A stretch of DNA of 64,000 nt from Octopus vulgaris (taxonomy: Eukaryota). A program made the translations under genes and the position numbers. Below are positions 15,123 to 28,251 of this stretch, piece after piece. The stretch is from positions 25,854,001-25,918,000 of the forward strand of contig OX597834.1 in the NCBI GenBank assembly GCA_951406725.2. Reading direction: 5' to 3'. Each line of letters starts with the position of its first letter. The stretch's first letter is position 1. The notes below the pieces were generated by a model. It made no database searches, was not told where the DNA came from, and was given only the letters and a program-made list of their open reading frames with translations.

Positions 15123-15384
15123 AAATAAACATTATATTTAACAGAGTAATCTGAATATTAAAGGGTTCAAAACATTCAGATTTTCTAAATATCCCTGTGT
15201 TTCATGACTCATCTTAAAAACTTTTGAAATGCTTGTGGACCACATCTGGTACAAAGGTATACCATGGCACAGGAGTTTAAAATGTTTATTTTGTTTCAAT
15301 AAATTAAACGAAGAAAGTTTTACTGCCTTCATAATTCAGAGTGGTGACGGAGACAAATAAAAGATGAAAAAAAATATTTCTCAG

Positions 15385-15540
15385 GTGGCTGTGTGGTAAG
15401 TAGCTTGTTTACCAACCAAATGGTTCTGGGTTCAGTCCCACTGCATGGCACCTTGGGTAAGTGTCTTCTACTATAGCCTCGGGCTGACCAAAGCCTTGTG
15501 AGTGGATTTGGTAGACGGAAACTGAAAGAAGCCCGTCATA

Positions 15541-15580
<40 letters not shown>

Positions 15581-15793
15581 CATGTGTGTGTCTGTGTTTG
15601 TCCACCTAGCATTGCTTGACAACCGATCCTGGTGTGTTTATGTCCCCGTTACTTAGCGGTTCGGCAAAAGAGACCGATAGAATAAGTACTGGGCTTACAA
15701 AAGAATAAGTCCCGGGGTCGATTTGCTCGATTAAAGGCGGTGCTCCAGCATGGCTGCAGTCAAATGACTGAAACAGGTAAAAGAGTAAAAGAG
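15385..15793 (+). mobile_element. SINE family B
   Basis: Full-length match to 44100-44497. Confidence 0.85.
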
Positions 15794-17598
15794 TATGTTG
15801 TTCTCACCATGATGCAATTTTGTAAGTGAACCCTTCACGGTAAACTAATCTCAGTGAAACATTATACCATCGCGCCACGGCGATATTATCACACAAAATT
15901 CGCACAGGTAACTAGCGAATAATAATTTCCGATGACTGTATAAATCCACCCCACCCCAATCCCACCCTCGCCCCTGGTTTCTTTCACGGATGAATGCAAC
16001 AACATATCTTATTACAAATCTATCTCAATTACACACAGCCATGAACAATTAACTTCATATCTTCATCATATTTAGATTCTTGGGATATTTACTCATTACA
16101 AAGAACACAAGAAAACGTTTGAAGATAATGGGAACCCATTTGTACCATTATCTACAAATGTTCTTCATATTTGTTTCTTGCCTTTTGTTTTTTAATAATC
16201 CTTCTTGTTTAGCCCTAGGTCATCTTTGATAGAGTAGATCTTTGATCACAATGTTGTTCCAGTTGTAACTATTCCACCAATCCTCTCTTTTATATATCAA
16301 GATCTGTTTTGTCCAGTATAAAACTTCTATATCTAAGGCAGTAAGGTATAATCTGAGGGAGATTTGGCTGCTATTTCTAGCAAGCTGAGCAACTACAAAA
16401 AGCCTCTTTCATTAATGTTTTATTTTTCGTAACTATCATATATATATATATATGATAAACTCTAAAAATTGCGAAACTTCTTATCTGTAGCAGTTAACAA
16501 ACTGCAAGAGGAGATATAACTGATGCTAAATAGATTAGAACTAGACAGAACATTTCCCAGATTCCTGATCTTAAAGTGTAGCGTTTATATCATGAATATT
16601 CCATTTAATAACGGTAGGCAGGGGGTACTTTTCCTCCATCTCGCTTCACTGTTTTGAAGAAACTCAGCTGGGATAGTTGCACAAAGTGTTATCTGTTTCA
16701 TATATTTTATGATGGCTGATCTCTTGATAAACTCACATTTATTAGAGTAATGGGTATGGAACAGAAATCTGATCCACCCCTGCCACCCTGCTGCTCTGTC
16801 CCCCTCACTTTCTCTCTTGTATCATTATGTTTAGTTCATGAATGAACTTTTACTAAGGTCTATGAAGAATTCTTTGACTCAAACCCATCATTATCTCATG
16901 TCTGCTTTGGTTTGAATGACAAAATTATCACTGCAGCTATTTCTTCTCTCTCTCTCCCTTCCATTCCTTTAAACTTTGCTTAATGTCTAGTAGGGTGCAA
17001 TTTTCCTCAAATTGCACCCAACTAACACAACCCAATTATAAAAAAACTGATTCAGTTTAAGATGCTCATATCTAAAATAAAACTTTCCATCATAATTTTA
17101 CATCAGAAAATACCAGTTTAATGATGACAAAAGTCTAAGTGATATAAATGTTAGTAAAAAAAAAGACATTGAGCAATGCTGGTGGTAAGTTAGACAAATA
17201 TATAAGGTGTTGTCAATAAATAAAAACAAAGAGGAGATATTTTATTAGCTTACATAAGTTGTTTAATGGTCTGATTATATTTCGGGAAAGATATCCCCTT
17301 TTCAAATAAAAGAAAGGAAATAAAGAGTTGTAGAGAAATGTGCTGTTACTGGCAGGCCATGCCACTGTGTTGTGATGAATGGCATTGATGGTAGAGAGCA
17401 TTTGGGGAAATTGATTTAGAAGCTGAGCTTAGCGTGTTTCTCTGAAATATTGAATAAATTTTTTTAAGGTCACGAATTTAGTGTGGTCAAAGTGTATGGG
17501 ATAAAACTGTTCTATAATTTACTTGAAGCACTGCCATATGTGTATATGTCATAAATGTCTTTAAAAAAAATGTTGTGCCATGCAGGTGAGAAGTTAAG

Positions 17599-17636
<38 letters not shown>

Positions 17637-18745
17637 AAAGGTGACATCAGTAACTGAAAACAACAAGGAAAGATATTGTATTATCTTACATAAGAACGCC
17701 TCATTCAAATTGGCCTACAATCAGTATAGAGAAACCAACACCACCATTAGCTGAATGGGAACATTTATATAAATGTATTACACACACACGTGTGTTTCAT
17801 AAATAGAAACTGAAAAAAGCCCATCATATATATGTGTGTTTGTATGTGTATTACTGTTTTCTTGCCTTGACATTGCATGATAGTTGTAAACAAGCATCAA
17901 TGTTATACAAGTGGTGTCCTTCATTTCTAATTGTCCATGAAAACATGTTTGGTCATGGAGAATATTATCTTACTTGGAAACAGGTGAGGCTTGGTGACAA
18001 GAAGAGCATCCAGCTGTAGGAAATTTGCTCCAATAAATTCCATCTGACCCATGGAAGCATGGGAAAGCGGATGTTAAAACAATGATATATGTATGCACAT
18101 ATATGCAAATTTCTGTTGCTATAGCTCTGGACCAATGAAAATATTGTAAGTGAATTTGGTTGACAGAAACCAAAAGAAGCAGATATATGTGTGTGTTATG
18201 GATCGTTACCAACGTCACTTCACTGGCACCTGTGCCGGTGGCACATGTAAAAAGATTCGAGCGAGGTCATTGCCAGTACTGCCTGACTGGCCCCTGTGCA
18301 GGTGGCACGTAAAAAGCACCCACTACACTCTCGGAGTGGTTGGCGTTAGGAAGGGTATCCAGCTGTAGAAACTCTGCCAGATCAAGACTGGAGCCCGGTG
18401 CAGCCATCTGGTTGCCAGCCCTCAGTCAAAATCGTCCAACCCATGCTAGCATGGAAAACGGACGTTAAATGATGATGATGATGTGTATGTATGTGTCTTT
18501 GTTTTTGTTGACATTCGTGCTCTATGAAAGTTGCAAATTATCAGTGGTGTTGTTGTAGTCATTTCATTTGTCGACATAATTTGCTGGCTTTGTGCCTTCA
18601 AAGATGTTTGAAATAAGGGATCCCTTTCTTGAAAAATGCATGAAGAGTGGTGACATGAAAAGCATCAGGCTCTAAAGTCTAACCTCAATAATACATTCAT
18701 GTAACCCATATCAGCACAAAAAAGTAGCTGTAAAATGAACGCCCA

Positions 18746-18796
<51 letters not shown>

Positions 18797-18951
18797 TAGT
18801 CTGGAGTAACCAAATCTTAGTCAATCAGTTGATGGACTCCACTACCTCAAATGTTCTTAAAATTTAAATCCACATCTTTGTCTATATACCTACCTTCTCT
18901 ATAATGTTGCCACTTGATATGAAAATTTTTGTATTAATGGAAAACCTCTAT

Positions 18952-19039
18952 AATTGGCTGATGAGTGCTCAGCATTTTAAAGCTGTTGTAATACTTACAA
19001 CATTTAATAAAATGATGTACGAGACGATCGTACCAAATT
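18952..19039 (+). ncRNA. Candidate minimal type I hammerhead ribozyme (one core substitution, GAAA>GAGA), probably from a Penelope-like element
   Basis: Stem I TTGG(18954-57)/CCAA(19033-36); core CTGATGA 18958-18964; stem II GTGC/GTAC with a long paired extension; GAGA 19021-24; palindromic stem III ACGATCGT; cleavage triplet GUA ending at 19032. Confidence 0.55.
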
Positions 19040-19070
19040 ACCGTTGCTTACTTTGAGTTGCTTATTTTGA

Positions 19071-19104
<34 letters not shown>

Positions 19105-20714
19105 TATGGTAAATATTTAGGTCAGGTTAAGTTTTTAGTGAGAGAACCTTAAAGCAAAACTGTGGATGTAAACAAGTTCTTGTAACTATTTGCAATCAAA
19201 TTCTTGTAAGTTCTCTTAATTGAGCAAGATCCAATATCTAACACACCTGTTTCTCGCCTTTAGGAGAGCATCAATCCCAAGAATTCTATATAGACTTTGT
19301 ACCAACCAGCAGTCTCTTTGAATACTTATTTAAGCAGTACTCTGTGTGTGTGTGTCTCTTAGTATTCTGCTTTACTCTGGTCATGCTGAGACAGCGACAT
19401 GTTATAAATATATGTTTGATATATATTCAAAGTGTTTAACGTATAACCAAATTATGATATTTAATGTTAAAAAGGAGGATGGGAGGAACGGCTTGTTTAT
19501 ATAAAGCCAGCAGCCACTGGAATGAGTGAGGCTGGGACTTGAGTAGAACTAACAGAGACAACATTCTGAGAATATCGTGACAAGTGTGTGTGTGTGTGTG
19601 TATAATTTATGTGTATGTATATATGTGTATGTGTACATATATGTATGTAAGAGTGTTGCAAATGAAGTAATGAGACATTTCTTTCAGTAGAGAGGTAGGG
19701 GGAGACGGTGGAGGTAGGTGCGGGGTGGGGCACACTTAAGTAATCTAGATAATTGGCATTGCTATTGATAATATCTGATTTCTTTGACTAAGTGTTGTGG
19801 AACCACCCTGTCCTCCTCCCCCATCACCTCCCGCCATGTCAAGGATGATTATAAATAAAATGAACTTTTCAAATGTGGTCACCGATTTCTTGATTTCTTT
19901 TGCTATTTCGAGGCTTTTTAAGGAAAAATAAATTTATTTTTGGACACATTTTGCTTTTTTAAACTGTTTGAGGGTTTTGGGGTTTTTTTTTTTGGGGAGG
20001 GTGAATGTAGTCCCATCCTTAAAATATTAGCTGGAGTAGTTTATTATTATTATCATTATTATTATTATTATTATAGTATTGAACTGGCAGAATCATTAAC
20101 ACATCAGACAAAATGTTCTGCAGCATTTCTTCCAGCGCTTTACATTGTGAGTTCAAATCCCACCAAAGTCAAGGTTTCATTAAATTACAATTACACATGT
20201 AAGGAGAGAAAAAAAATTTGTTAGCTTCAGGATTCATTCTGGTCCAGATCATCAGATGAAAATGTCATACAATGTTTTACATCCACTTTTCCATGGGTTG
20301 GACAATTTTTTTTTATGAAGCAGTGTTTTATGGCCAGACACCCTTCCTATCACCAACCTTTTTACAACATGCAGGAATGTAGTGTGCCTACATCTAAAAC
20401 TAGGATGCAGGCAGTAAAAGAAAAGGGTCAGCCCCAACATTTAAATAAAAATTTTTATTTTTAAGTTGTATGCAGTGCATGGGGTGGGAGTTTGATCTAA
20501 GCCCCTCTGGCTGCCAACTCTTACCTGTTTCCATACAAGGTAATATTTCCCCATTGCCAGTAGATCAGAAACAGAAACAAACTATGCTCATTTACAACCA
20601 TCACATGAAAGCAAGATAAAGAGCTCCATCCCTTACAAACACACACACACACATATGCACGCACATTTCATCTGACCCCTGTGAGCATGAAAAGTAATTA
20701 ATACTAAAATGGTG

Positions 20715-20949
20715 AAAAGGCAGCGAGCTGGCAGAAACGTTAACATGCCGGGCGAAATGCGTAGCTGTATTTCGTCTGTCGTTACGTTCCGAGTTCAAAT
20801 TCCGCCGAGGTCGACTTTGCCTTTCATCCTTTCGGGGTCGATAAATTAAGTACCAGTTGCGTACTGGGGTCGATGTAATCAACTTAATCCCTTTGTCTGT
20901 CCTCGTTTGTCCCCTCTGTGTTTAGCCCCTTGTGGGTAATAAAGAAATC
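20715..20949 (+). mobile_element. tRNA-derived SINE family A (GGCGGCGAGCTGGCAGAA... with a Deu/Nin-like GCCTTTCATCCTTTCGGGGTCGATAAA core)
   Basis: A-box/B-box-like head (GAGTTCAAATTCC) and a 15-bp TSD AATACTAAAATGGTG at 20700-20714 / 20950-20964. Confidence 0.85.
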
Positions 20950-21653
20950 AATACTAAAATGGTGTGTGTGTTGATTTTGCTTACCTTGTGGTGAAAAAAA
21001 AAATCCTAAAAGTACTCAATAGAGCCTTATGTTAAAAGTGTGTTGAGTCTGTATATTTGATATTATTAGTCTCATACTATGTAACACTGCAACCACCACA
21101 CACACACACTCTGATATAGTTTAATTAGGCTGATTCTGGACACTGTTAATCTGGAGTTTCTTTGATGTGTTCCTGGTTCCACAGACAGGATGTGGCTGGA
21201 TAATGGATTAAAATACAACACTGTGACAGCAGAGATATACGATTGGCTGGATTTAGAAGCTGGTTTTGAATTAGATCGGTTGAGCAAAAGCATAGAATAA
21301 GTGGAGAAAGAAAGGATATCCAGAGCATGTGTCCACACACACATATGCACCAATTTTATACATAAATATAAACACTGAGTGTTTACTGTTGGTATGACTC
21401 TATACTGAGAGTTGAGTCAACTTGATCTTATACTGCATGTGCGTGTGAGTCTGTATGTGTATAAATATATATATATTATATAGAGGCCATTACTACATGT
21501 AAATGCCACACGCTAGGAGGGACTTTATGTGTAGTAATGCCCTCTGTATAATATAAATAGATATATATAAGTGAAAAAATTGGTGGATCTTATGAGGTTT
21601 TTCATGCTGACTACTTGATAAGTTCTTATAAAGATTTTATCCTATTTTTAAAT

Positions 21654-21703
<50 letters not shown>

Positions 21704-21704
<1 letters not shown>

Positions 21705-21830
21705 TAGCATAAAAGCCACCTGATAGGGTGGATTTTAAGCTACTCTTGTGGAGGGCTCTTCATTGGATCTTGGGCCCAACAATGACACTTTATGCATTGA
21801 GTACATATTAAATTTTATTAACCTTTACAA
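21704..21830 (-). mobile_element. Possible second Helitron family, 3' end only
   Basis: CTAG at 21704-21707 next to a CCACC-tgatag-GGTGG hairpin at 21716-21731, abutting (TA)n. The 5' end was not identified. Confidence 0.45.
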
Positions 21831-22948
21831 ATATATCTGTATATCTATATATACATGTGTATCAATAATAATAAAGGGTAAAATTAATAATTAATAATTT
21901 TACCAAGTAGTTCGGTATGTTAAAAGAACCATTATCGGTAAACTTATACAAAAATTCTATAATTATGAGCATAATTATAATTAGGGTTCAGCAGAATTTG
22001 CTTCACCACATACCACACACACATATATTTATATATGTGTGTGTGTGTATCTTTTAGTTTTGTTTACTTATAACATTGGCAAATGAGCCAATTGAACAAC
22101 TCTGTGTGGTTGTTCAATTTGCTAGCCATAACAGCCAAATCTCTTTCATACTCTGCTCTTGTTAGTATTAAAGGAAAGGGAAAAATAGAATTAATATTTT
22201 TGATTTTGTTCAGGCCTATGAGTTTAGCTTTTCTTTAAATGCTTTCATCCATTACATGAGACAAGAAAAAAGGAAATTGGAAAAATCCTGACCAAAACAT
22301 GAAACTGTGACTTAACAAAAGATATAGAAAGAGAAAGAAAAGGTTGTATTTGAAAGCCAAAAGATGTTTTTTAACTGAGGTGTAATTCTATAATTAAAAC
22401 AAATTCAAAATTTAAATTTCGGAACATAAGACTTAACATGTTATCTGGTGCATGGCCAAATTCAAATGGATAGAAGACCTAAAACAAATGTGTGTGTGTG
22501 TGTGTGTGTGTGGTTGGGCCTTTAGTAGCGAGGGGTCAATTTCAGTTCAATCTTAAAAAAGAATTCAAATATTTATCAGTTACTCCCTCTCACTCTCTCT
22601 CCCTTTTGCTCGCACTTCCTTTCTTCCTGACTCAACACAGACATCACATTTAAGTATCAAAATTTTCTCATTAACTTCGTTGCTGCTTAGGTGGCCCCAG
22701 TAGGCATGGGTATTGAACAGTAGTAATTCAACACATAGGTGGTGGTTTCAAATCTCTTCCAGAAATTACAAGATTTCTAGTTAAAAATTTTTCTTTAAGC
22801 AACAAGATTTCTTAAGCATGACACACCTGTCAGGTATGTACAAAAAACAAATTGGCATATTAATTACGTGTATATATATATATATATATACAAACATACA
22901 TACATACAAATATATATGGGTGTGTATATATATATATGTGTGTGTGCG

Positions 22949-23018
<70 letters not shown>

Positions 23019-23047
23019 AATATATATGCATACAAATATATATATTT

Positions 23048-23265
23048 AAGGGTAATCCCAAAAGTAAGGTTTCCAAAAATATTTAGAAATCACAAAAACT
23101 TTTATTGTCAATGATGTTTACATTGATTTAAAGTTTGAACATTTATCTACTTTTCTACACAATCACCATTTTGGTTGATGCATTTTTGTAGGCATTGGGG
23201 CAGATTTTGTATGCCCAGGTCATACCTGCTCACCATCATGCCGTTGAGGATGTATTGAACCTCAT
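23048..23265 (-). mobile_element. Mariner remnant (3' end, second family)
   Basis: Minus strand encodes GIQNLPQCLQKCINQNGDCVEK*. TIR-like AGGGTAATCCCAAAAGTAAGGTTTCC at 23049. Confidence 0.7.
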
Positions 23266-23444
23266 GGGAGGAAGTATATGTGAGGGGAAGAGAGGCGAGT
23301 GGAGGAGGCTAGAGGAAGAGGGGAGAGGAGTTGAGCCCATGTGGTGCAAAGGAACGAAGAGAGAAGATTAATCCCCATTCACGGTGGAAACGGGAGTCCG
23401 GATGGCCCCTGTGCAAGGATAATGCATATATGTATATGTGTGTG

Positions 23445-23495
<51 letters not shown>

Positions 23496-24010
23496 GTTGC
23501 CAGCTTTCGTTCAATCAATAAGACACATTCGACTTCTTCGGCAGATTTTATATGGTGACTGAAGGAGGCTAATACAAAATACTACATTACTTGGTCCATA
23601 GATAGACATGCAAAACCATACAGTACAATTTCCAGGAGATACCGTCTCAGCTCCAAGAAATCCCTGTCTATTCTGTGAACTAATGAGAAGATCATTAATA
23701 CAATTTCTGAAAGACTATCAAGATGCCTACACGCATATAAATGTACTTTGGCACAATGCAGTGAGAAAGAATTTTGAGCAACCGTTAACTTAGTGTAATT
23801 TTATTTTATTTTACTTTAAGGTATGGATGACTTAAATTTACTTTAAACCTCCCCGTTCTTCTAAACACCTACTAAATATCTAACTCGCTTTGTAATCAGG
23901 AGTGCACCTAACCTCGCGTGTGCGTATGCTCACATTTTTGCTAATGCTTGTATGAGCATATGTACTCGTGCCGTGCTGCTTGCCCAGGGGCATTTATACA
24001 TCGATATCAA

Positions 24011-24243
24011 GCCGGCGAGCTGGCAGAAACGTTAGCACGCCGGGCAAAATGCGTAGGCGTATTTCATCTGCCGTTACGTTCTGAGTTCAAATTCCGCCGA
24101 GGTCGACTTTGCCTTTCATCCTTTCGGAGTTGATTAAATAAGTACCAGTTACACACTGGGGTCGATATAATCGACTTAATCCGTTTGTCTATCTTTGTTT
24201 GTCCTCTCTCTGTGTTTAGCCCCTTGTGGCTAATAAAGAAATA
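24011..24243 (+). mobile_element. SINE family A
   Basis: Full-length match to 20715-20949; TSD GATATCAA. Confidence 0.85.
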
Positions 24244-25894
24244 GATATCAATTAACGGTTATTTTCAATACTTTTTCCCACTGGATTAAGTGTTCGTTTC
24301 TCTTTTTGTCTTCTGCAATTTTATCTTTGGATCTTCTATATATATATGAAGAATTTTCCTCCATGTGGCTGATTTTCTCCCTACAAAACGGAACAGTCAT
24401 TTTAACGAGATTTTTTATTTATTTATCACCCGACAAGATACGTCTGCACCACCGGATACTCCTGAACCAGTTTTTGTGTTTCCCACAAGAGGAGTTGACG
24501 CTAGATGTGTAGAAACAATTGTTGTGATTAATAATATAATAATATATTCTCGTATATTCCATCTTCTGTCTTTCATTTGTTATATATATATACATATACA
24601 AATATAGTGATTTCAAACAAACAAGAACAAACAACAATGCGAGGGCGCGGTACAAGAACTTTATTATCACATGCTCAAGGAGGGAAAGAAAGAGGATTTT
24701 ATGTTTCGAGCAAAGCTCTTCTTCAGAAATAGAGGAAAGTCCAAAAGAAGGGAAGATGGAGGAAGCTTTTGGTGCAAATGGTTTTTTTTTTTTATGTCAC
24801 CCTTTTTACGTATAAAAAAAAAAAGCAAACACGAACTATTATATTATATTACAATGTGCCTAAGTGGGAATCTGTAAGCATGTGGTTGAGAAATAAACTT
24901 CTTACCAGACAGCCATACCTACACTCACCATCTTAAAAGAAAAATGACATTGAATAATATTCTCCTACACATTAACAGGTAGAAAAAGATAGGACCGGAC
25001 AGTTATGGCTTAGAAGATCTTGATCATAGGCTCCATTAAGTAAGGGCTACTAGGGACAAAATTTAAAAAATTTTTTAAATACAGTAACCGTTTCAGTAGC
25101 CATTTCACCTACTTGAAATATTAATATTGGTGTCAAATTTTGGCACAAGTCCAACAATTTTAAGAGAGGAGGGCTAGCCGATTCCATTCCAAAAGGATGA
25201 AAGGCTAAGTCGATATCAAATATTAATATTACAATGAGGAAGTGTCGGTCGCTCTTTGCATTTTCAAAGTCTATTACATCCTGGATATTATGAGGTCTGG
25301 GATGAAGGGGAATTTTCTTGTCCATTTGAAGACCAGACATTCTCTGTAGTGCTATAATAAAATGAACTCAATATGAATTTGACTCTTTCGTTACCAACCC
25401 GGCTCTGGTTCTGTAGTACAAATGTCTTGTTTTTCATAAGTCTTGTATTAAAATCTTCCACCAAACCTTAATCACAATATATGTTCCTAACACTAGCTTA
25501 ATGATAACTAAGTTATTGATGTTAGAAAGGGCATCAGCCATAGAAAGCAAATCAAAACTAGAAACATACACAACAGCCATTTCACTTGTGACTATCTCTT
25601 GTTTTTAAAGGTACGTTTGTACAATTTTATTTTTTGTGTTTTCTTTATTTGATATGGTAGGGTGTAATTTGAGGGAGATTCAGCTACTATTTCTAAAAGG
25701 TCAATGTTAGTGTTCATTTTTACTCAGCATTTTTTAATGAACAACTATAGAAATTTGTCATTGTCCTGTGCCAAAATTCCAAATCAATATTCCAATCAGA
25801 TCTTCCAACTTATTTTAATACCTGAGTTAATCCTAATTTTAGATTATCCTGCTAGTTACCAGCATGTATTAGAAATAAATTCTACAAATCATCA

Positions 25895-25925
<31 letters not shown>

Positions 25926-28032
25926 GTTACTTTTGATATTCTATATTTTATTGTCAATGACCCCTAGTTCTTATTTTAGCTGGTTTCTCATTCACTCCAT
26001 GTATTTTAGCCAGCTGGTCCTTCATCATGCTATATTTAGTAACAAAGTCATTTGTGCTGTTTCCGATTTATATATTTGGTTTTTCTACTAATAAATTCTC
26101 TTTTTATCAAGCCGATTTATTTTTATTGTTTTCTTTCTTCATATACTTGTTTTTGCATTGTTTGATATCCCTGTCGCTAGCAATTTACATAATCTCTGTC
26201 TGTCCATGTGAGGCTGTGTATACACATTTGTATGTGTACATGTCTCTATGTACATCTGTCTGTCTATGTACATGTGCAGTGCATGTACATCTGTGCATGA
26301 GTGTATATGTTATACATATGCCTGTGTGTATGTGTGTCTGTCTGTGTGTCTAATACACAACCACCTAATAATGTATTTTCAGAGCTAGAATACATTTTCC
26401 TTGCTTCACTAAACCCACATCAAATAATCCCACCAACATATTTCTATCTTTACCATTATATTTCCAAACACTGTAATTACATAATTAACATCTAAAGTTA
26501 GTTAATTGATGTCATTGATTGATTGACTGATTGATTTTAGTCATTTTAATTATCTTACAGTAGTTTGTATTAGTCTGTGACTAATAAAGATAAACAAGAA
26601 GAAATAATATAATTACAGGAATGTTAATTAAACTAAAATGGTTTACATACTTGTCAGGAGATTGACAATTTTATTGGCAGTTGTGGTTGTTGTGATTGTT
26701 GTTTAGCCTCGAGTCAGCTTATGATCAAAGGTGCATAAGCTGAGATGATCCCATCTTTTCTTCAGATATGTTGTTCCTAAGACTATATTATATGATAGGG
26801 TACCCTATCGTGGGTATCCTACAAAGTAACCAAGGGAAATTGAAAAGTTGGTCATTGGCCTATTGGAAACATGTCAACATTGGTATTTCCTTGTTATCAA
26901 AGATATTTTCCAAAGGGTCCGCAACCCTGGAACCATTCTCTAAGGAGTTTGATTAATGTGGAAAAAAGAGTTGCAGGTTCAATCCCTGTCGTGTTTGCCC
27001 TTCAAAATCCTCCTGTATTTATTGCACAGCTGTATTGAGGACAATGGGAAAGCTGTTACTGCATTAGCTTGTCATGGCCTCCAGCAGTGTGTAGGAGACA
27101 ATACATGTTTAGTGGTGGGATTCTGTTCTGGGAACCAGAGCAGAACACCACAAGGCACTTTGTCTGAGGCTTTAACATTTCCACCAAATCAGTCCCTGGA
27201 GGATAAAAAGTAAGGTTGATCTCATTGAGAATACAAAAGGCCAGATGAGAACAGAACACCAAAAGGCACTTCATCTCTGCTGACCCAGTTCCTCAGACTT
27301 GTTCACTATTTGTTAACCCTGGAGGATGAAAAGCCAGGTTGACCTTAGTGGGATTTGAACTCAGAATAAAGAAAGTCACAACAAGCCAGTGTTCTGGCTC
27401 TGTCAACTTGCTGTCTGTTGGAAGCCTGTAACTAATAACTCTATTGTTCAAAGTTGCAATATAAAATAAATAAATACGATACTAACTCAGGGTGGATAGT
27501 AAAATAAATAACTCAGTTAAAAGAGAAAGCATTTCTTTTTATATAAAAGTGGGTGGCTAGGTTTGTCTTTGAGAAGCCAGTATCACAGATGGAGTTGTAG
27601 TTATTCTGGTAGTGATGTAGGTGGCTAGATTGGCACGGATCATTTAAGATACAAAGAGCGTTTATTAGCATCTTATATCTTACCTATGTTATCTTCATTC
27701 CATGGTGTGTGGTGCGTCTGGAAATAATTTTCTATATTATCATCTCAGACTAAGCTAGGTAGTGAAGTCTTGACTTGTTGTCTGCAACAAGTCTGGAATT
27801 TGCTGATAGAATTTTTTTTCTTGTTTCGAAATTATAGGCTTTTGTTCTAAACAAAAGAATTATTTAAAGATTTTTGTTCCTAACAAGTATCTTTTTAAAA
27901 GAGTTTTGTTCCAAACAAATGGCTTATTTAACCTTTGCGATACCAACATGCCTTAGAATGCCCATGGTTCTATGATTCAAATTCCCTGTTTTAAAATGGT
28001 CTTAATTAAAACCTTCCATGAAAATCTGTTAA

Positions 28033-28251
28033 CCCTTTAGTGTTCAGATTATTCTATCAAACATAATGCCCATTGATTCCCATTGATTTGAATTAATCAT
28101 GCATTATCTCATATCTTCAAGATCTTCATGGTGTAATTACTTAATGTAGAATAACATTGTAGGGTAGGTGTGAGAGCCTGGATCTGGTCAGTTTGAACAT
28201 AAAACGGATTAGCTATTTTGGCCGGATATGGCCAGTTTAAATACTAAAGGG
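28033..28251. mobile_element. piggyBac-type MITE, family 2
   Basis: TTAA|CCCTTTAGTGTT ... AATACTAAAGGG|TTAA, nested in an older TTAA element starting at ~27928. Related copies at ~1918-2105, ~14580-15170 (split by SINEs), ~37030-37725 (split by a SINE), ~39404-39610 and ~48260-48480. Confidence 0.85.

Noticed and set aside
21190-21300. 36-codon ORF MWLDNGLKYNTVTAEIYDWLDLEAGFELDRLSKSIE
   Set aside because: Short, with no recognisable motif or supporting splice structure.
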